A DNA stretch of 64,000 nt, taken from positions 1 to 64,000 of the forward strand of contig JAYZEG010000041.1 in the NCBI GenBank assembly GCA_036337435.1, read 5' to 3'. Shown piece by piece: positions 46,175 to 56,398 of this stretch. Within the stretch, counting starts at the first letter, position 1; every line of letters starts with the position of its first letter. A model generated the notes under the pieces. That model was not told the DNA's origin. It worked only from the letters and a program-made list of their open reading frames with translations, and did not search any database. The position numbers and the translations under genes were made by a program. This DNA is from Myxococcota bacterium (GTDB lineage: Bacteria > Myxococcota_A > Bradymonadia > UBA7976 > UBA1532).

Positions 46175-47044
46175 GTGTATAGTCACAGTCTCTACGTTTT
46201 AACAAACCAGCCCTTCAGCGTGGATCAGGTCGCAGCTCAATTACAGCGTATGCGCTTACACGAGCGGGTGATTCCTCCACCGAGAGAGCACTGGAGCCGC
46301 ATGGCACCCGGGTTCTCGCTTCTTGTTCCCGGTGATGAATCAGCCAAACTTTTCGTGGACTCAGTTTCCGAACCTTGGCCATCGGGTCAGATGCTCGCCC
46401 AACAGCGTTCAATATCGGTGGCTTTTAGAATGGGTTTTTTCGGGCCCTCGATCCGACCAGATTGTTTTCATCGTGCACTTCACAGTGCAGATGAAGAGCT
46501 TCAAGCGCGGTTAATGCACCACACGGGCTTTGTCCGTCTTCGAATGGCTCAGACGAAGAATCTCGATAACGATGCAAAAAGTAAAAGTGCCGAGCGGTTG
46601 CACGCGCTCGCGTACATGTTACGAGCGGCTAATTTTATTTTAGAACACGACGCGGCAGTGGGCCTCTTTGTTCCAACAGCCCAGCAGTTTTTCTCGCCTA
46701 AAGAAAGTTGGCGTCGTTTTGATGCGGCGATGGGCAATTACGACAAGTTGTGGCCCATCTGGGTTAAGACGGCTCTTGAGACCGAGTCATCGGGAAAATC
46801 CTGTCTGGTCAGTTGGGGACTGAATGAACTGGGGACTCAGGATGTGCGACTCTACGATGCGCGCTCAGATGAAGAAGCGATGCGGGCTGCATTCGACCGT
46901 TACGTCATTGCAGGCCTCAGGCACGGGCACCTAGAGACTGATCATCGGACTTTGGCCAGTCTCAATTTATCTCTCGTAAGCGTCGCCAGTGCCCCTGTAG
47001 ATTACGGCATCCCTCGGATTCACCTCCTCACCCAACAAGATTGA
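46175..47044 (+). CDS. Hypothetical protein (weakly DUF4261-like)
   Basis: 289-aa ORF co-oriented between two kinases; H..FVRLR and SWGL..LG..DV segments. Start uncertain. Confidence 0.55.
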   Translation: MYSHSLYVLTNQPFSVDQVAAQLQRMRLHERVIPPPREHWSRMAPGFSLLVPGDESAKLFVDSVSEPWPSGQMLAQQRSISVAFRMGFFGPSIRPDCFHRALHSADEELQARLMHHTGFVRLRMAQTKNLDNDAKSKSAERLHALAYMLRAANFILEHDAAVGLFVPTAQQFFSPKESWRRFDAAMGNYDKLWPIWVKTALETESSGKSCLVSWGLNELGTQDVRLYDARSDEEAMRAAFDRYVIAGLRHGHLETDHRTLASLNLSLVSVASAPVDYGIPRIHLLTQQD

Positions 47045-47119
47045 GTTCGTAAGGCGCCATGGAGTCCTCGGGTTCATTAAATCCTTGTAAAAGTGGATGC
47101 ACACGACCAGCATAGAACA

Positions 47120-48874
47120 ATGAAACGGTACTTCTGTCGGACTTGCGGCCAGACATATGACGCACAACGGGGTGGTCTGCCATGCCCTTCGGACGGCACG
47201 CCGTTGATTGCGCCGGCTGCGGCTGAACTGTGTGCTGAGGCACCTTGGCTCGGACACGCCATCGACGATCGATACAGGCTGTTTGATGTCTTGGGCACCG
47301 GTGGATTCGGCGCGGTCTATCGGGCATACGATGCGGTCTCAGGGATCGACGTCGCCATTAAGGTTGTTGCCGATTCCAGCGAAATGGTTGCGGCCGATGC
47401 GAAAGAGCGCTTTCGACAGGAAGCGCGCCTCCTCGAAAGTCTACAATCAGACCACATCGTCGATGTACTCGGATTTGGTGAATACAAAAACGCCCTTTAT
47501 ATGGTTCTAGAATTAATCCCAGGCAAAACGCTCAAAGAAATGATGGAAGAGTCAGGTGCATTGGATCTTCATACCGCGACTCATATCACGAGCCAAATCC
47601 TCACGGGGTTGTCGACTGCACACGCGCAAGGCTTGGTCCACCGAGATTTAAAGCCAGCCAATATCCTGGTTGATGAAGACGCCAATCATGCCGTCACCTT
47701 AATCGATTTTGGTATCGCGAAAGTCATTGGTGCTCAGGAACGAGAAAGTCCGAAAACCCAAACAGGGATGGTTCTAGGCACCGTGCGCTACATGGCACCC
47801 GAGCAGCTTAAAAAAGACGGTCTAGCCGGTGCTCAGACCGACCTCTACAGCGTGGGTGTCATTTTCTACGAAATGCTGTCTGGACAAAGCCCGTATGCTG
47901 GTTCACAAGCCGAGATAGCGGCCGCGATATTGTATTCGGATTCACCCTCGTTGCTGGACCTGGGTCAAGCACCGGCTCTCAATGCTTGGTTCGGGCGCGT
48001 CATGTCCAAACAGCCCGAACATCGTTATGTCGACGCGCTCACCATGAAAGCGGACCTGATTCATGAAATCTGTGACGAGACCATTACGGAGCAACTGACG
48101 CAAAAATCTGTGCTGGGGGCCGAGTCTCTGACCGGCTCTCTGGACCGTTTTGGTCACGGGTCATCTGTTGATGACAGCGACCCATTCCATCATGACTCGA
48201 GTCGGTTGAATACCGATCACCAAATCGATTCAACCTCCATGAGCGATTACGAAGACACCGTATTGGAACCTGTGGATATCTCGAATTTTATTCAAGCGTC
48301 CGGGACAGAAGGTGGACGTCAACATAAACGACCAGGTCAGCCGACCGCGATCATCTCCGCGTCGACGAGACAGGCACCGAAGGTCGAGACAGCTGATCCG
48401 CAAGACGCCCTAGACGGGACTGACCAGGATGACCTTAAGCCTCCCGCGACCGTTCGAATTCCAGCCAAGGAATCTGAGCGAGTTCGCTCTATTGGGACCG
48501 AAGGCGTGAGTCATCCACGCGAGCAATTGGATAAAACGATCGCGACTGACGCTGCAAGTAACCGTGTTTATCGGTCTCGATTCTGGTGGATGTTACCCAG
48601 CCTAACCCTTCTGGTGTTGTGTGCATTACTGATGTGGTTCCAACTGAAAGCGAGCCGTCCTACGTCGAACCAAACACCGTCGGAGAGACCAACCATAAAC
48701 ACACATCGACAAGCATTGATGCGGGCTTTGGATGGGTGCCAATGTTTGAAAGCGCAGCAGACTCTGGCACTTTTGCGGAAACAATTTCCAACCGCTGGCC
48801 GAGACCTGATAGACCAAGTCAAAAAGTGTCGCCCCGCGGTCGAGGGGCAGTGCCGAAGGGGTACGAAAGAATGA
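47120..48874 (+). CDS. Hanks-type Ser/Thr protein kinase with N-terminal Cys knuckle, TM and small extracytoplasmic Cys domain
   Basis: CRTCG..CPSDG; LGTGGFGAVY, VAIK, HRDLKPAN, DFGIAK, GTVRYMAPEQ, DLYSVG; TM WWMLPSLTLLVLCALLMWF. Confidence 0.95.
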   Translation: MKRYFCRTCGQTYDAQRGGLPCPSDGTPLIAPAAAELCAEAPWLGHAIDDRYRLFDVLGTGGFGAVYRAYDAVSGIDVAIKVVADSSEMVAADAKERFRQEARLLESLQSDHIVDVLGFGEYKNALYMVLELIPGKTLKEMMEESGALDLHTATHITSQILTGLSTAHAQGLVHRDLKPANILVDEDANHAVTLIDFGIAKVIGAQERESPKTQTGMVLGTVRYMAPEQLKKDGLAGAQTDLYSVGVIFYEMLSGQSPYAGSQAEIAAAILYSDSPSLLDLGQAPALNAWFGRVMSKQPEHRYVDALTMKADLIHEICDETITEQLTQKSVLGAESLTGSLDRFGHGSSVDDSDPFHHDSSRLNTDHQIDSTSMSDYEDTVLEPVDISNFIQASGTEGGRQHKRPGQPTAIISASTRQAPKVETADPQDALDGTDQDDLKPPATVRIPAKESERVRSIGTEGVSHPREQLDKTIATDAASNRVYRSRFWWMLPSLTLLVLCALLMWFQLKASRPTSNQTPSERPTINTHRQALMRALDGCQCLKAQQTLALLRKQFPTAGRDLIDQVKKCRPAVEGQCRRGTKE

Positions 48875-49827
48875 CAGTGTACGCTGCCGATCTGAACGCC
48901 ATCAAAGCCGCAGCTAGGCGAATAGAAGGTCACGCAAACACAACGCCGGTTTTGACCTGTCAGACCTTGAATGAAATGACCGGCCGCTCACTCTATTTTA
49001 AATGCGAAAATTTTCAAAAAGTCGGTGCCTTCAAGTTCCGTGGGGCGATGAATGCGACAAGTCGTCAAATTGGGATTCGAAAACCCGATGCATTCGTGAC
49101 GCATAGCAGTGGTAATCATGCGCAAGCCCTGGCTTTGGCTGCGAAGGTTCACGGCATTCCGGCACATATCGTGATGCCAACGAATGCGCCTGAAATCAAA
49201 CGCAAAGCTGTCGAGTCCTACGGTGCGACAATCCATCCGTGCGAACCGAATTTACCGGAGCGGGTTCGTGTTGCAGATGCTGTTTGTCAGCAAACAGATG
49301 GCTTTTTGATTCCACCCTACGACCATGAGGATATCATTGCAGGTCAGGGTACAGTCGGGCTTGAATTGTTTGAACAAGCAGGTCGATTGGACGCCGTCAT
49401 ATGCCCCGTTGGGGGTGGTGGGCTTTTGTCCGGCGTCGCGCTGGCTTACCGGGACCTCGATCCCCTGTGCCACGTTCTTGCAGCAGAACCGTTTGGTGCA
49501 GATGATGCTTTTCAGTCAAAAAAACAAAACCGCCTTGTCCCTCAGACTAGCCCCGATACCATCGCCGATGGTTTACGAACCAGCCTTGGTCATCTCACCT
49601 GGCCCATCGTCAGAGATCTTGTACCTCGAATCTATCGCGTGACAGACAGAGAAACTCGGCAGGCCATGAGATTAATTTGGGAGCGAATGAAGATCATTGT
49701 CGAGCCAAGTGCTGCCATTGTTTTGGCGGCTGTCATGGCTGAAGATTTTGACCCAGAGCGCACGTACGGCCGCATTGGCTTGGTGTTGAGCGGCGGTAAC
49801 CTTGACTTGGATACAGTGTCGTGGTGA
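48871..49827 (+). CDS. PLP-dependent serine racemase / threonine ammonia-lyase family enzyme
   Basis: FKCENFQKVGAFKFRGA (PLP Lys), HSSGNHAQA, GQGT, PVGGGGLLSG, EPSAA, LSGGN; ATGA overlap with the kinase. Confidence 0.92.
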   Translation: MTVYAADLNAIKAAARRIEGHANTTPVLTCQTLNEMTGRSLYFKCENFQKVGAFKFRGAMNATSRQIGIRKPDAFVTHSSGNHAQALALAAKVHGIPAHIVMPTNAPEIKRKAVESYGATIHPCEPNLPERVRVADAVCQQTDGFLIPPYDHEDIIAGQGTVGLELFEQAGRLDAVICPVGGGGLLSGVALAYRDLDPLCHVLAAEPFGADDAFQSKKQNRLVPQTSPDTIADGLRTSLGHLTWPIVRDLVPRIYRVTDRETRQAMRLIWERMKIIVEPSAAIVLAAVMAEDFDPERTYGRIGLVLSGGNLDLDTVSW

Positions 49828-49906
49828 CACAGCCATACGATGAGGTTTGTGGGCAGGTCTAGAGACCCGACCCTGCAGGCCGAGTCCCTCGCTCACTGAC
49901 CGTCTT

Positions 49907-52546
49907 TTAGCGTCGGATTCGCGTTCGAATCAGCCCGAGTGCAGCAATCAAGAGAAGGGCAAAGGGCGTCGGTGCATCGTTAGAGCCGACATCACAATCA
50001 CATCCTTCTCCCTCACCGTCTGCATCAGAGTCGCCACCGGTTTGGTTGTCAGAGTTATTGCCACCCGTTCCGGCCGTACCACCGTCAGCATCGGAGCCGC
50101 CACCGCTGCCACCAGCACCACCGATTCCGCCATCGGAATCAGAACCACCGCCGCCACCACCGGCACCACCCATACCCGCATCGGTTTCTGCACTACCCAT
50201 GTCGGTCTCGGACATACCCATGTCGGGTTGTTCGACGTTCTGGTTCCAATCGGCCACGCATTGCGCTGTTCCATCGATGACCTGGCAGCGCTGGTTGGCA
50301 GGGCATGTCACACCACTGCACGGGTCGTCAACGCATTGACCACCAAGGCAGGTTCGACCGGCCCCACATTCGTCTGGGTTGCAATTGTCTTCCTGGCATG
50401 TTTCGTCTGCGCAGGCTTGTCCCTCGGCACATACAACGCCGCCACAGTTGACTTCGACGCATTGCCCGTCAACACAGTCTTGACCGTAAGGACAAGAGAT
50501 TCCGGCGCAAGAAAAGACGCATTGGCCGTCTCGACAGAAGCTTGTATCGCCGCATTCGATGCCATCACACGGATTTGGAACGCACACGCCTTCACGGCAA
50601 AGCTGCGTACCCGGGCAACCCGCTTCATAGCAGTCACCTTCACCGTAGCATTCTCCGTTTACACAATACTCGTCATCTGAACATTCTACGCCCTCACAAG
50701 GGTCCGTGCAGAGCCCGTTTGCAGGGTCACAGGGCCGACCAGCAGGACATTCAACACCGGCACACAGGGAAACGCAACTGCCCTCAGCACAGTATTGTCC
50801 ATCAGGACAGCCTTGTCCGCCTTCACAAGCACTTGCACATTCTCCGAGAACGCACTCGTCCCCGCCGCCGCACAGGTCTGCTCCCTCGTCGATCAAGCCG
50901 TCGCAATCATCGTCATTGCCGTTGCAGCTCTCACTTGGTGTTGCACCGCATGTGCCGCAATCATTCAGCAGTCCCTCGTCCGCTGTTCCGTCACAGTCAT
51001 TGTCGATCAGGTCACAGACCTCCTCGATGGGGCTCGTGTCTGCGCGGCAGACAACACGTCCGGCAGCGGAACATTCCAGGTGCCCTTGGCCGCATTGGCC
51101 AGGGAGACCTGTTGCGCACGCTGTCGGATCGATAACTGGTGAGCCATCCGGCAGCGCATCAACGAGGTTGTCGCAATCATTGTCCACACCATCGCAGACC
51201 TCGGGGTTGCCGTCCGGTACACAAATGTAGCGGTCGCACGCATCGCCAACACCATCCATATCGGTGTCATCTTGGCTGCGGTTGATGACTTTCGGACAAT
51301 TATCACACGCATCACCAATGCCGTCCTCATCTTCGTCAGCTTGGTCTGGATTCGGTACGTCTGGGCAGTTGTCATCAACACCGCACAGTCCATCTTCATC
51401 CGTGTCGAGGCAAACGCCTCCCAGGGAGCGTTCGAGGATCAAGAGCGCAAACGCGTGACTTGAATTTTCCGTCCAACCACGCGGACTGCCATTGGCCTGG
51501 GAACCCCACGCACCATTGTTGTCCTGCCATTGCAGCAGTGTGTATGAGTAGTCGAAGTAGTGGGATGGTTCTTCTTCCGGATAGCCCAGAGCGGCGGGGT
51601 CGCGATCACCAAATGCATCGGAGTAGATTGCACCACCCAAGCCATCATTCTCAGACACTGTCAGTGCTTTTTCCCCAGCCCACATGTAGTAAAAGGTACT
51701 GGTCGGATTAAAGGCATTGCCGACCATGCGGTCGAATGTGTAGTTCTGCCTGAGCCAACTCAATGAATTTTGGGGGCGTGGGTCACCGGCGGGAATTTGG
51801 GCCAGTCGATAGCACCAAAGGGCTGATGCGGCCATCGATGATGTCGACCCTTGTCCTGGTCGATATGCGCTCCCACCATCTGCATTCTGGCTTGCCATGA
51901 GAAAGTTGACAACATTGGGCAGTGCTTGGTCCGCACCGTCGATTACATTCGCCGCGGCGGACAAGCCAGCGACCGCGAATTGGGTCGTCGACAGGTCACC
52001 TGATGCTTGAGGTGCGCCGTAATTCCAACCACCGTTGTTGTTGGGTGCCTGGCGACCTTGATTATTTTGAAGTGAGAAAACACCGTTGGCAATGGCTGCA
52101 GATGCCGTGACTGGAGCACCCACTTCATCTGGGCCGCCCGTGGCGACGTACGCTGCCAGTGCCATGAGATTACCGCCCGCCACGTAAATGTACGGCACTG
52201 CAGCACCATTGGTCATGCTTTGCTCATTGGCGATCATGTTTTGAATCAGGCGAATGACCATCGCTTGGTCATTGGGGTCCATCCCTTGAAAACCTTGGGC
52301 TCGGCCGCCCCAGCCTACACCTTGCCGCTTTTCGAGGAAGGTGAGTGCGCCAAGGAAGTTATGCCGCGAATTGGCTTCGTTAAAGTTGCCAGCACCGCGC
52401 TCTTGATTGCGAAAATGTTGCAGACCCGCATTAATGGCGTCATCGACAGCGCAGGCGAAGGGCGTTCCCTCGCAGCCTTGAGCTGACACAACTGAGAGTG
52501 TGCCACTCCCTAACAATAAGAGTCCTGCGAGAATCAGTACGCGCAT
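49907..52546 (-). CDS. MYXO-CTERM surface protein: prenyltransferase-like alpha/alpha toroid, TSP3 repeats, MopE-like and Cys-rich repeats
   Basis: Signal peptide; QW-like motifs ([24 protein letters not shown]); [24 protein letters not shown]; three E.C(D/N)..D(N/D)DCD...D units; tail [25 protein letters not shown]. Confidence 0.85.
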   Translation of the reverse strand: MRVLILAGLLLLGSGTLSVVSAQGCEGTPFACAVDDAINAGLQHFRNQERGAGNFNEANSRHNFLGALTFLEKRQGVGWGGRAQGFQGMDPNDQAMVIRLIQNMIANEQSMTNGAAVPYIYVAGGNLMALAAYVATGGPDEVGAPVTASAAIANGVFSLQNNQGRQAPNNNGGWNYGAPQASGDLSTTQFAVAGLSAAANVIDGADQALPNVVNFLMASQNADGGSAYRPGQGSTSSMAASALWCYRLAQIPAGDPRPQNSLSWLRQNYTFDRMVGNAFNPTSTFYYMWAGEKALTVSENDGLGGAIYSDAFGDRDPAALGYPEEEPSHYFDYSYTLLQWQDNNGAWGSQANGSPRGWTENSSHAFALLILERSLGGVCLDTDEDGLCGVDDNCPDVPNPDQADEDEDGIGDACDNCPKVINRSQDDTDMDGVGDACDRYICVPDGNPEVCDGVDNDCDNLVDALPDGSPVIDPTACATGLPGQCGQGHLECSAAGRVVCRADTSPIEEVCDLIDNDCDGTADEGLLNDCGTCGATPSESCNGNDDDCDGLIDEGADLCGGGDECVLGECASACEGGQGCPDGQYCAEGSCVSLCAGVECPAGRPCDPANGLCTDPCEGVECSDDEYCVNGECYGEGDCYEAGCPGTQLCREGVCVPNPCDGIECGDTSFCRDGQCVFSCAGISCPYGQDCVDGQCVEVNCGGVVCAEGQACADETCQEDNCNPDECGAGRTCLGGQCVDDPCSGVTCPANQRCQVIDGTAQCVADWNQNVEQPDMGMSETDMGSAETDAGMGGAGGGGGGSDSDGGIGGAGGSGGGSDADGGTAGTGGNNSDNQTGGDSDADGEGEGCDCDVGSNDAPTPFALLLIAALGLIRTRIRR

Positions 52547-52706
52547 GCTGATGCCCCTTCTTCAATTACACTGTGGAACCGACTGCCCCTCCACCCGTGA
52601 GAGACACCGAACCCTTCAAGTGTCACACCATACGTGAAAATACCTATCAGATCCACTCGACAGTGCGTCTCGAGGTCGAATTTCGATGATTGATCTTGCT
52701 GCCGAA

Positions 52707-53885
52707 TTAGCTGAATGCTGAGTGTCCTGTCAGTGCACGTCCGATAGCGAGGGTGTGAACCTCGTGAGTGCCCTCATAAGTGTAGACACTTTCAAGATTG
52801 GCCGCATGTCGCATAATCGGATACTCAGCCATAATGCCGTTGCCACCCAAGATGCTCCTGGATTCACGTGCGATGTCGAGAGCGAGCCCAACATTCTCTC
52901 TTTTAGCAAGACTGACTTGGATAGGGGTCAGACGGCCCGCATCTTTGGCATCGGCGAGGTGTTTGGACAGTAGGTGACCCGTCACGATACGCGCGCCCAT
53001 ATCAACCAGTTTCTTCTGAGTGAGTTGGAAAGACGAAATGGTTTTTCCGAACTGGGTTCGCTCGTTTGCATAATTTAAGGCTGTTTCGAAACAGCACAAC
53101 GCTGCACCCAAAGCACCCCATGAAATTCCATATCGTGCTTGTGTTAAACAGCTCAAAGGCCCCTTGAGACCCGCAACGTCAGGCAGCATATTCTGCTCTG
53201 GCACAAAGCAATCCTCCAGTACGATCTCGCCCGTCCAGGATGCTCGAAGACTCATCTTGTCTTTCATTTTAGGGGTCGTGAAGCCATCGAAGTCTCGCTC
53301 AACGAGAAAGCCTCGGATACTTCTTGCTGAGTCACTGTCAACCTTCGCCCAGACGATTGCGACCTTGGCTATTGGTGAATTTGTAATCCACATTTTGCTG
53401 CCATTGAGTATGTAGCCGCCATCTACTTTCTTGGCGACTGTCCTCATTGAACTGGGGTCGCTGCCGCTGTCCGGCTCCGTTAAGCCAAAGCATCCAATGA
53501 TCTCTCCTGCCGCCATCTTTGGCAAGAATCGTGTCTTCTGGTCCTCGGTACCAAACGCCCAGATCGGATACATACACAATGCGCCTTGCACACTGGCAAA
53601 ACTTCGGAGCCCGCTGTCGACGTATTCCAACTCGCGCATAATTAACCCGTACGCGGTGGCATCGAGGCCGGCACAGCCGTAGCCCGTTAGGTTGGCTCCT
53701 AAAACACCCATCTTCCCCAGACCTGGGATGAGATCATTAGGAAATGTTTCGTTGATGTACCAAGAGGCAACGCCGGGTTCGAACTCATTGCGTGCAAATC
53801 GACGGACATTGTCGCGTACCATGCATTGCTCTTCAGTCCAAAGATGTTCGATATCGAACAGATCAAGTAGGGGCGTTGCATTCAT
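52707..53885 (-). CDS. gcdH: Glutaryl-CoA dehydrogenase-type acyl-CoA dehydrogenase
   Basis: GYGCAG...YGLIMRELE.VDSGLRSFASVQ, GCFGLTEPDSGSDP, KMWITN, ARYGISWG, LESVYTYEGTHEVH. Confidence 0.85.
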   Translation of the reverse strand: MNATPLLDLFDIEHLWTEEQCMVRDNVRRFARNEFEPGVASWYINETFPNDLIPGLGKMGVLGANLTGYGCAGLDATAYGLIMRELEYVDSGLRSFASVQGALCMYPIWAFGTEDQKTRFLPKMAAGEIIGCFGLTEPDSGSDPSSMRTVAKKVDGGYILNGSKMWITNSPIAKVAIVWAKVDSDSARSIRGFLVERDFDGFTTPKMKDKMSLRASWTGEIVLEDCFVPEQNMLPDVAGLKGPLSCLTQARYGISWGALGAALCCFETALNYANERTQFGKTISSFQLTQKKLVDMGARIVTGHLLSKHLADAKDAGRLTPIQVSLAKRENVGLALDIARESRSILGGNGIMAEYPIMRHAANLESVYTYEGTHEVHTLAIGRALTGHSAFS

Positions 53886-54661
53886 CGTATTTGCTCCAAA
53901 TGTTCTTGTACTTCAGTCACGACCATCGTTCGCAGCACACTATAGAGTCGCTCACCCTCGTCGCTGGTTGCAGTACCGGGTGTACCGGTATAGGCCGAGT
54001 CGGCTCCAGCCTCAAGGAAACTCGTCTTGCCGGCCTTAATCGCTTTGCTTAAACTGATGTCGACACCAGGCAGCTGCCGCGCAGCGTCGTGCCGAAAGAG
54101 TTCAGGTGTCGCCGCTAAAATCAGCGACCCTTCATATTCGCCAGCATGACATGCACCGCTTCGGAATTCATCCCCCAAGAGCCGACCCCATCTGCGATCG
54201 ATGACCAAGGGGAGACTGGCATGGCCCGGTCCGTGCTGGTCATTAATCAGCGTTTTCGATCTTTGCAATGCACTGAGCTGCCCGGGTTCTAAATGGTGAT
54301 TTATCAGGCACACATGGGCAAATCCATTGTTGAGGAAAGACGTCATTGCAGACGTTAAAAAGTCCACCAAGGTGTCCTCGGGAATGGTGATGGCACCTGA
54401 AAAACCGGCGGCAAATTCGGTGACGCCATAGGGTAAATCCGGTGCTACAAGCGCATAGATGCCAGCACGTCTCAGCTCGTTTGCTGCGTCGATAGCATTG
54501 CGTCTGGATAAGATGATGTCCGTGGCCAATGGAAGATGCGGGCCATGGGGTTCGGTGCTTCCCACGGGCCACAGGAGGACAGCATCGTTTGTTTGCTCAA
54601 GTTGTGCACGCAGTTCGGTGGTCGCTATTTCACCGAGGAATATGGTCTCTCGATCAGTCAT
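53882..54661 (-). CDS. Creatininase/MftE-family amidohydrolase
   Basis: PVGSTEPHGPHLPLATD, YGVT.FA.GF.G, INHHLE, CHAGEYE; overlaps both neighbours. Confidence 0.88.
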   Translation of the reverse strand: MTDRETIFLGEIATTELRAQLEQTNDAVLLWPVGSTEPHGPHLPLATDIILSRRNAIDAANELRRAGIYALVAPDLPYGVTEFAAGFSGAITIPEDTLVDFLTSAMTSFLNNGFAHVCLINHHLEPGQLSALQRSKTLINDQHGPGHASLPLVIDRRWGRLLGDEFRSGACHAGEYEGSLILAATPELFRHDAARQLPGVDISLSKAIKAGKTSFLEAGADSAYTGTPGTATSDEGERLYSVLRTMVVTEVQEHLEQIR

Positions 54662-56228
54662 GTCGCAAGGCCTTTTTATCCACTTTACCACGATCATTTC
54701 TCGGTAATTCATCGACGAATACGATCTCTCGTGGATATTTATATTTTGCCAGATTGTTACGCACAAAGTCTTTTAATTCGTTCGCCAGAGCCTCACTGGG
54801 TGCTGTTCTGATTTCGACATATGCACGCGTGGACATGAGTTCTTTGACAGTTACTCCGATGACGGCCGCCTCTGCGACCAGTGGATGCTCTGCCAAACAA
54901 TGCTCAATTTCCAATGGGCTGACCCATTGCCCAGAGACCTTCAAAAGCTGGTCCGCACGCCCACAGAACCAATAATAGCCAGCTTGGTCTCGTCGGAAGA
55001 GGTCGCCTGAGCGACACCAATGTCCGTGAAATGTTGTCCAGGATTTCTCCCGGTCCAACCAATAACCCGATGCAACGCTATCGCCTTTGATCCAAAGGAC
55101 GCCAGGCTCGCCTGTCGGAACCTCCTTGGCACCGGGCCCTTCGGCATCAGCACTTAGAATTTTTAGCTGGTAGCCATCGACCGGTCGACCCAATGAGCCC
55201 GGTTTTATGTCCCCGGGTCGGTTTGTCAAATAGATGTGGAACATTTCGGCACTTCCAATGCCATCGAACACGGGGACATCGAATCGGGCGAGCCATCGCT
55301 CGAGTAGGGCCGGTGGCAATGCTTCGCCGGCACTCAGTGAAAACCGAAGCGAAGAGAAGTCTAAACGTTTTTGTTGATCGGCGTCGAGGAGGCGACCCAT
55401 CAGCGTTGGCACGTTTGTGAGTACCGTCGCTGAATAATAATCGATCGCCCAAGCGATCCTCTCCGCTGTCGGTTTCTCGGTGAACAATCCAGCACACGCG
55501 CCAACGGCAAACGGAAACATGAGATTTGTCCCCGTTGCATAGCCGAAAAATAAGCGTGGAACGCTGACGCAAACATCGTCTTTATCATAGCCAATCGTCT
55601 CTTTTGCATAGCGTTCCGTGTTGAAATAAAAGTCCCTGTGGCAATGCATGGCGGCTTTTGGGCGTCCTGTGCTTCCACTGGTAAAAAGCCAGATGGCTGG
55701 CGAATCTAGATAGGAGGTAGGAAATGACTCATTGACCGTGAGTGAGTCGAGTGCCGTGGATAGGCAATCGTCGGTGTCGAGTTGCCGCTCCGGATCCTCC
55801 ATCGTCGATGCGTCGGGAACGACAAAAAGTTTAGGGGGGGAGATCTGCATAGTGAGGAGAGGTCGAAGTATATCAGCAACCGATTCGGTGGTAACCAAGA
55901 CCCTCGCTTGGACATAATTGGTCACGTAGATGAGCTCCTCAGGCTTCGACAATGGATTCCCCATTGCAATGGTTCCACCCGCTTTCAACGCCCCAAAAAA
56001 AGCCCATGCGAACGGCGGCATGTCGGGGAGTATCAGATAGACCCGGTCTCCTGAGTTCAAGCCCGATTGAGTCATTAATGTGGCTGTCTTCAAAGCTCGG
56101 TCCGCGATTGTCTTGTAGGAGTACGACCGGTCACCAAATCGGATTGCGGTTCGGTCTCCCATACCCTCGGCAATCCGATCGAAGAGGTAATAATCGGCCA
56201 AGTTAAATTCGGTTGCAATCGTCGACAT
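54654..56228 (-). CDS. Benzoate-CoA ligase family (aryl-CoA ligase)
   Basis: WLFTSGSTGRPKAAMH, PRLFFGYATG, SAGEALP, DGIGSAEMFHI, SGDLF, GRAD..LKVSG, LPRNDRGK. Confidence 0.9.
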   Translation of the reverse strand: MSTIATEFNLADYYLFDRIAEGMGDRTAIRFGDRSYSYKTIADRALKTATLMTQSGLNSGDRVYLILPDMPPFAWAFFGALKAGGTIAMGNPLSKPEELIYVTNYVQARVLVTTESVADILRPLLTMQISPPKLFVVPDASTMEDPERQLDTDDCLSTALDSLTVNESFPTSYLDSPAIWLFTSGSTGRPKAAMHCHRDFYFNTERYAKETIGYDKDDVCVSVPRLFFGYATGTNLMFPFAVGACAGLFTEKPTAERIAWAIDYYSATVLTNVPTLMGRLLDADQQKRLDFSSLRFSLSAGEALPPALLERWLARFDVPVFDGIGSAEMFHIYLTNRPGDIKPGSLGRPVDGYQLKILSADAEGPGAKEVPTGEPGVLWIKGDSVASGYWLDREKSWTTFHGHWCRSGDLFRRDQAGYYWFCGRADQLLKVSGQWVSPLEIEHCLAEHPLVAEAAVIGVTVKELMSTRAYVEIRTAPSEALANELKDFVRNNLAKYKYPREIVFVDELPRNDRGKVDKKALRHD

Positions 56229-56298
56229 CAACACGTCCCCGTCTCTCTGCATCAGCAAAGGCTTACCGAAGTATAACCACTGTCGTCAACGCCACAAA

Positions 56299-56327
56299 TT
56301 GACAGGTGGCCTTTGCGGTGCGACATT
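56299..56327 (+). promoter_or_regulatory. Candidate sigma70 promoter
   Basis: TTGACA-17 nt-GACATT with TGn immediately before the -10, ending about 70 bp upstream of GTG 56399. Confidence 0.4.
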
Positions 56328-56398
56328 TTGGTTAGCGAGTAGGGGCTTTGTCTGAGCCAAATGGGTTTGATTCACGCTGATTCCTAAGGGGGCACCAC

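Noticed and set aside
48586..48870. N-terminal extensions given by the ORF track (48586; likewise 281, 15508, 31942, 54766, 58899, 61733)
   Set aside because: They overlap upstream genes or lack an RBS; downstream starts fit RBS position, translational coupling and family N-termini better.
52450..52490. Complement/alpha-2-macroglobulin thioester motif in the alpha-toroid protein (QGCEGT)
   Set aside because: Does not match CxEQ; the Cys more plausibly pairs with the nearby FAC cysteine.
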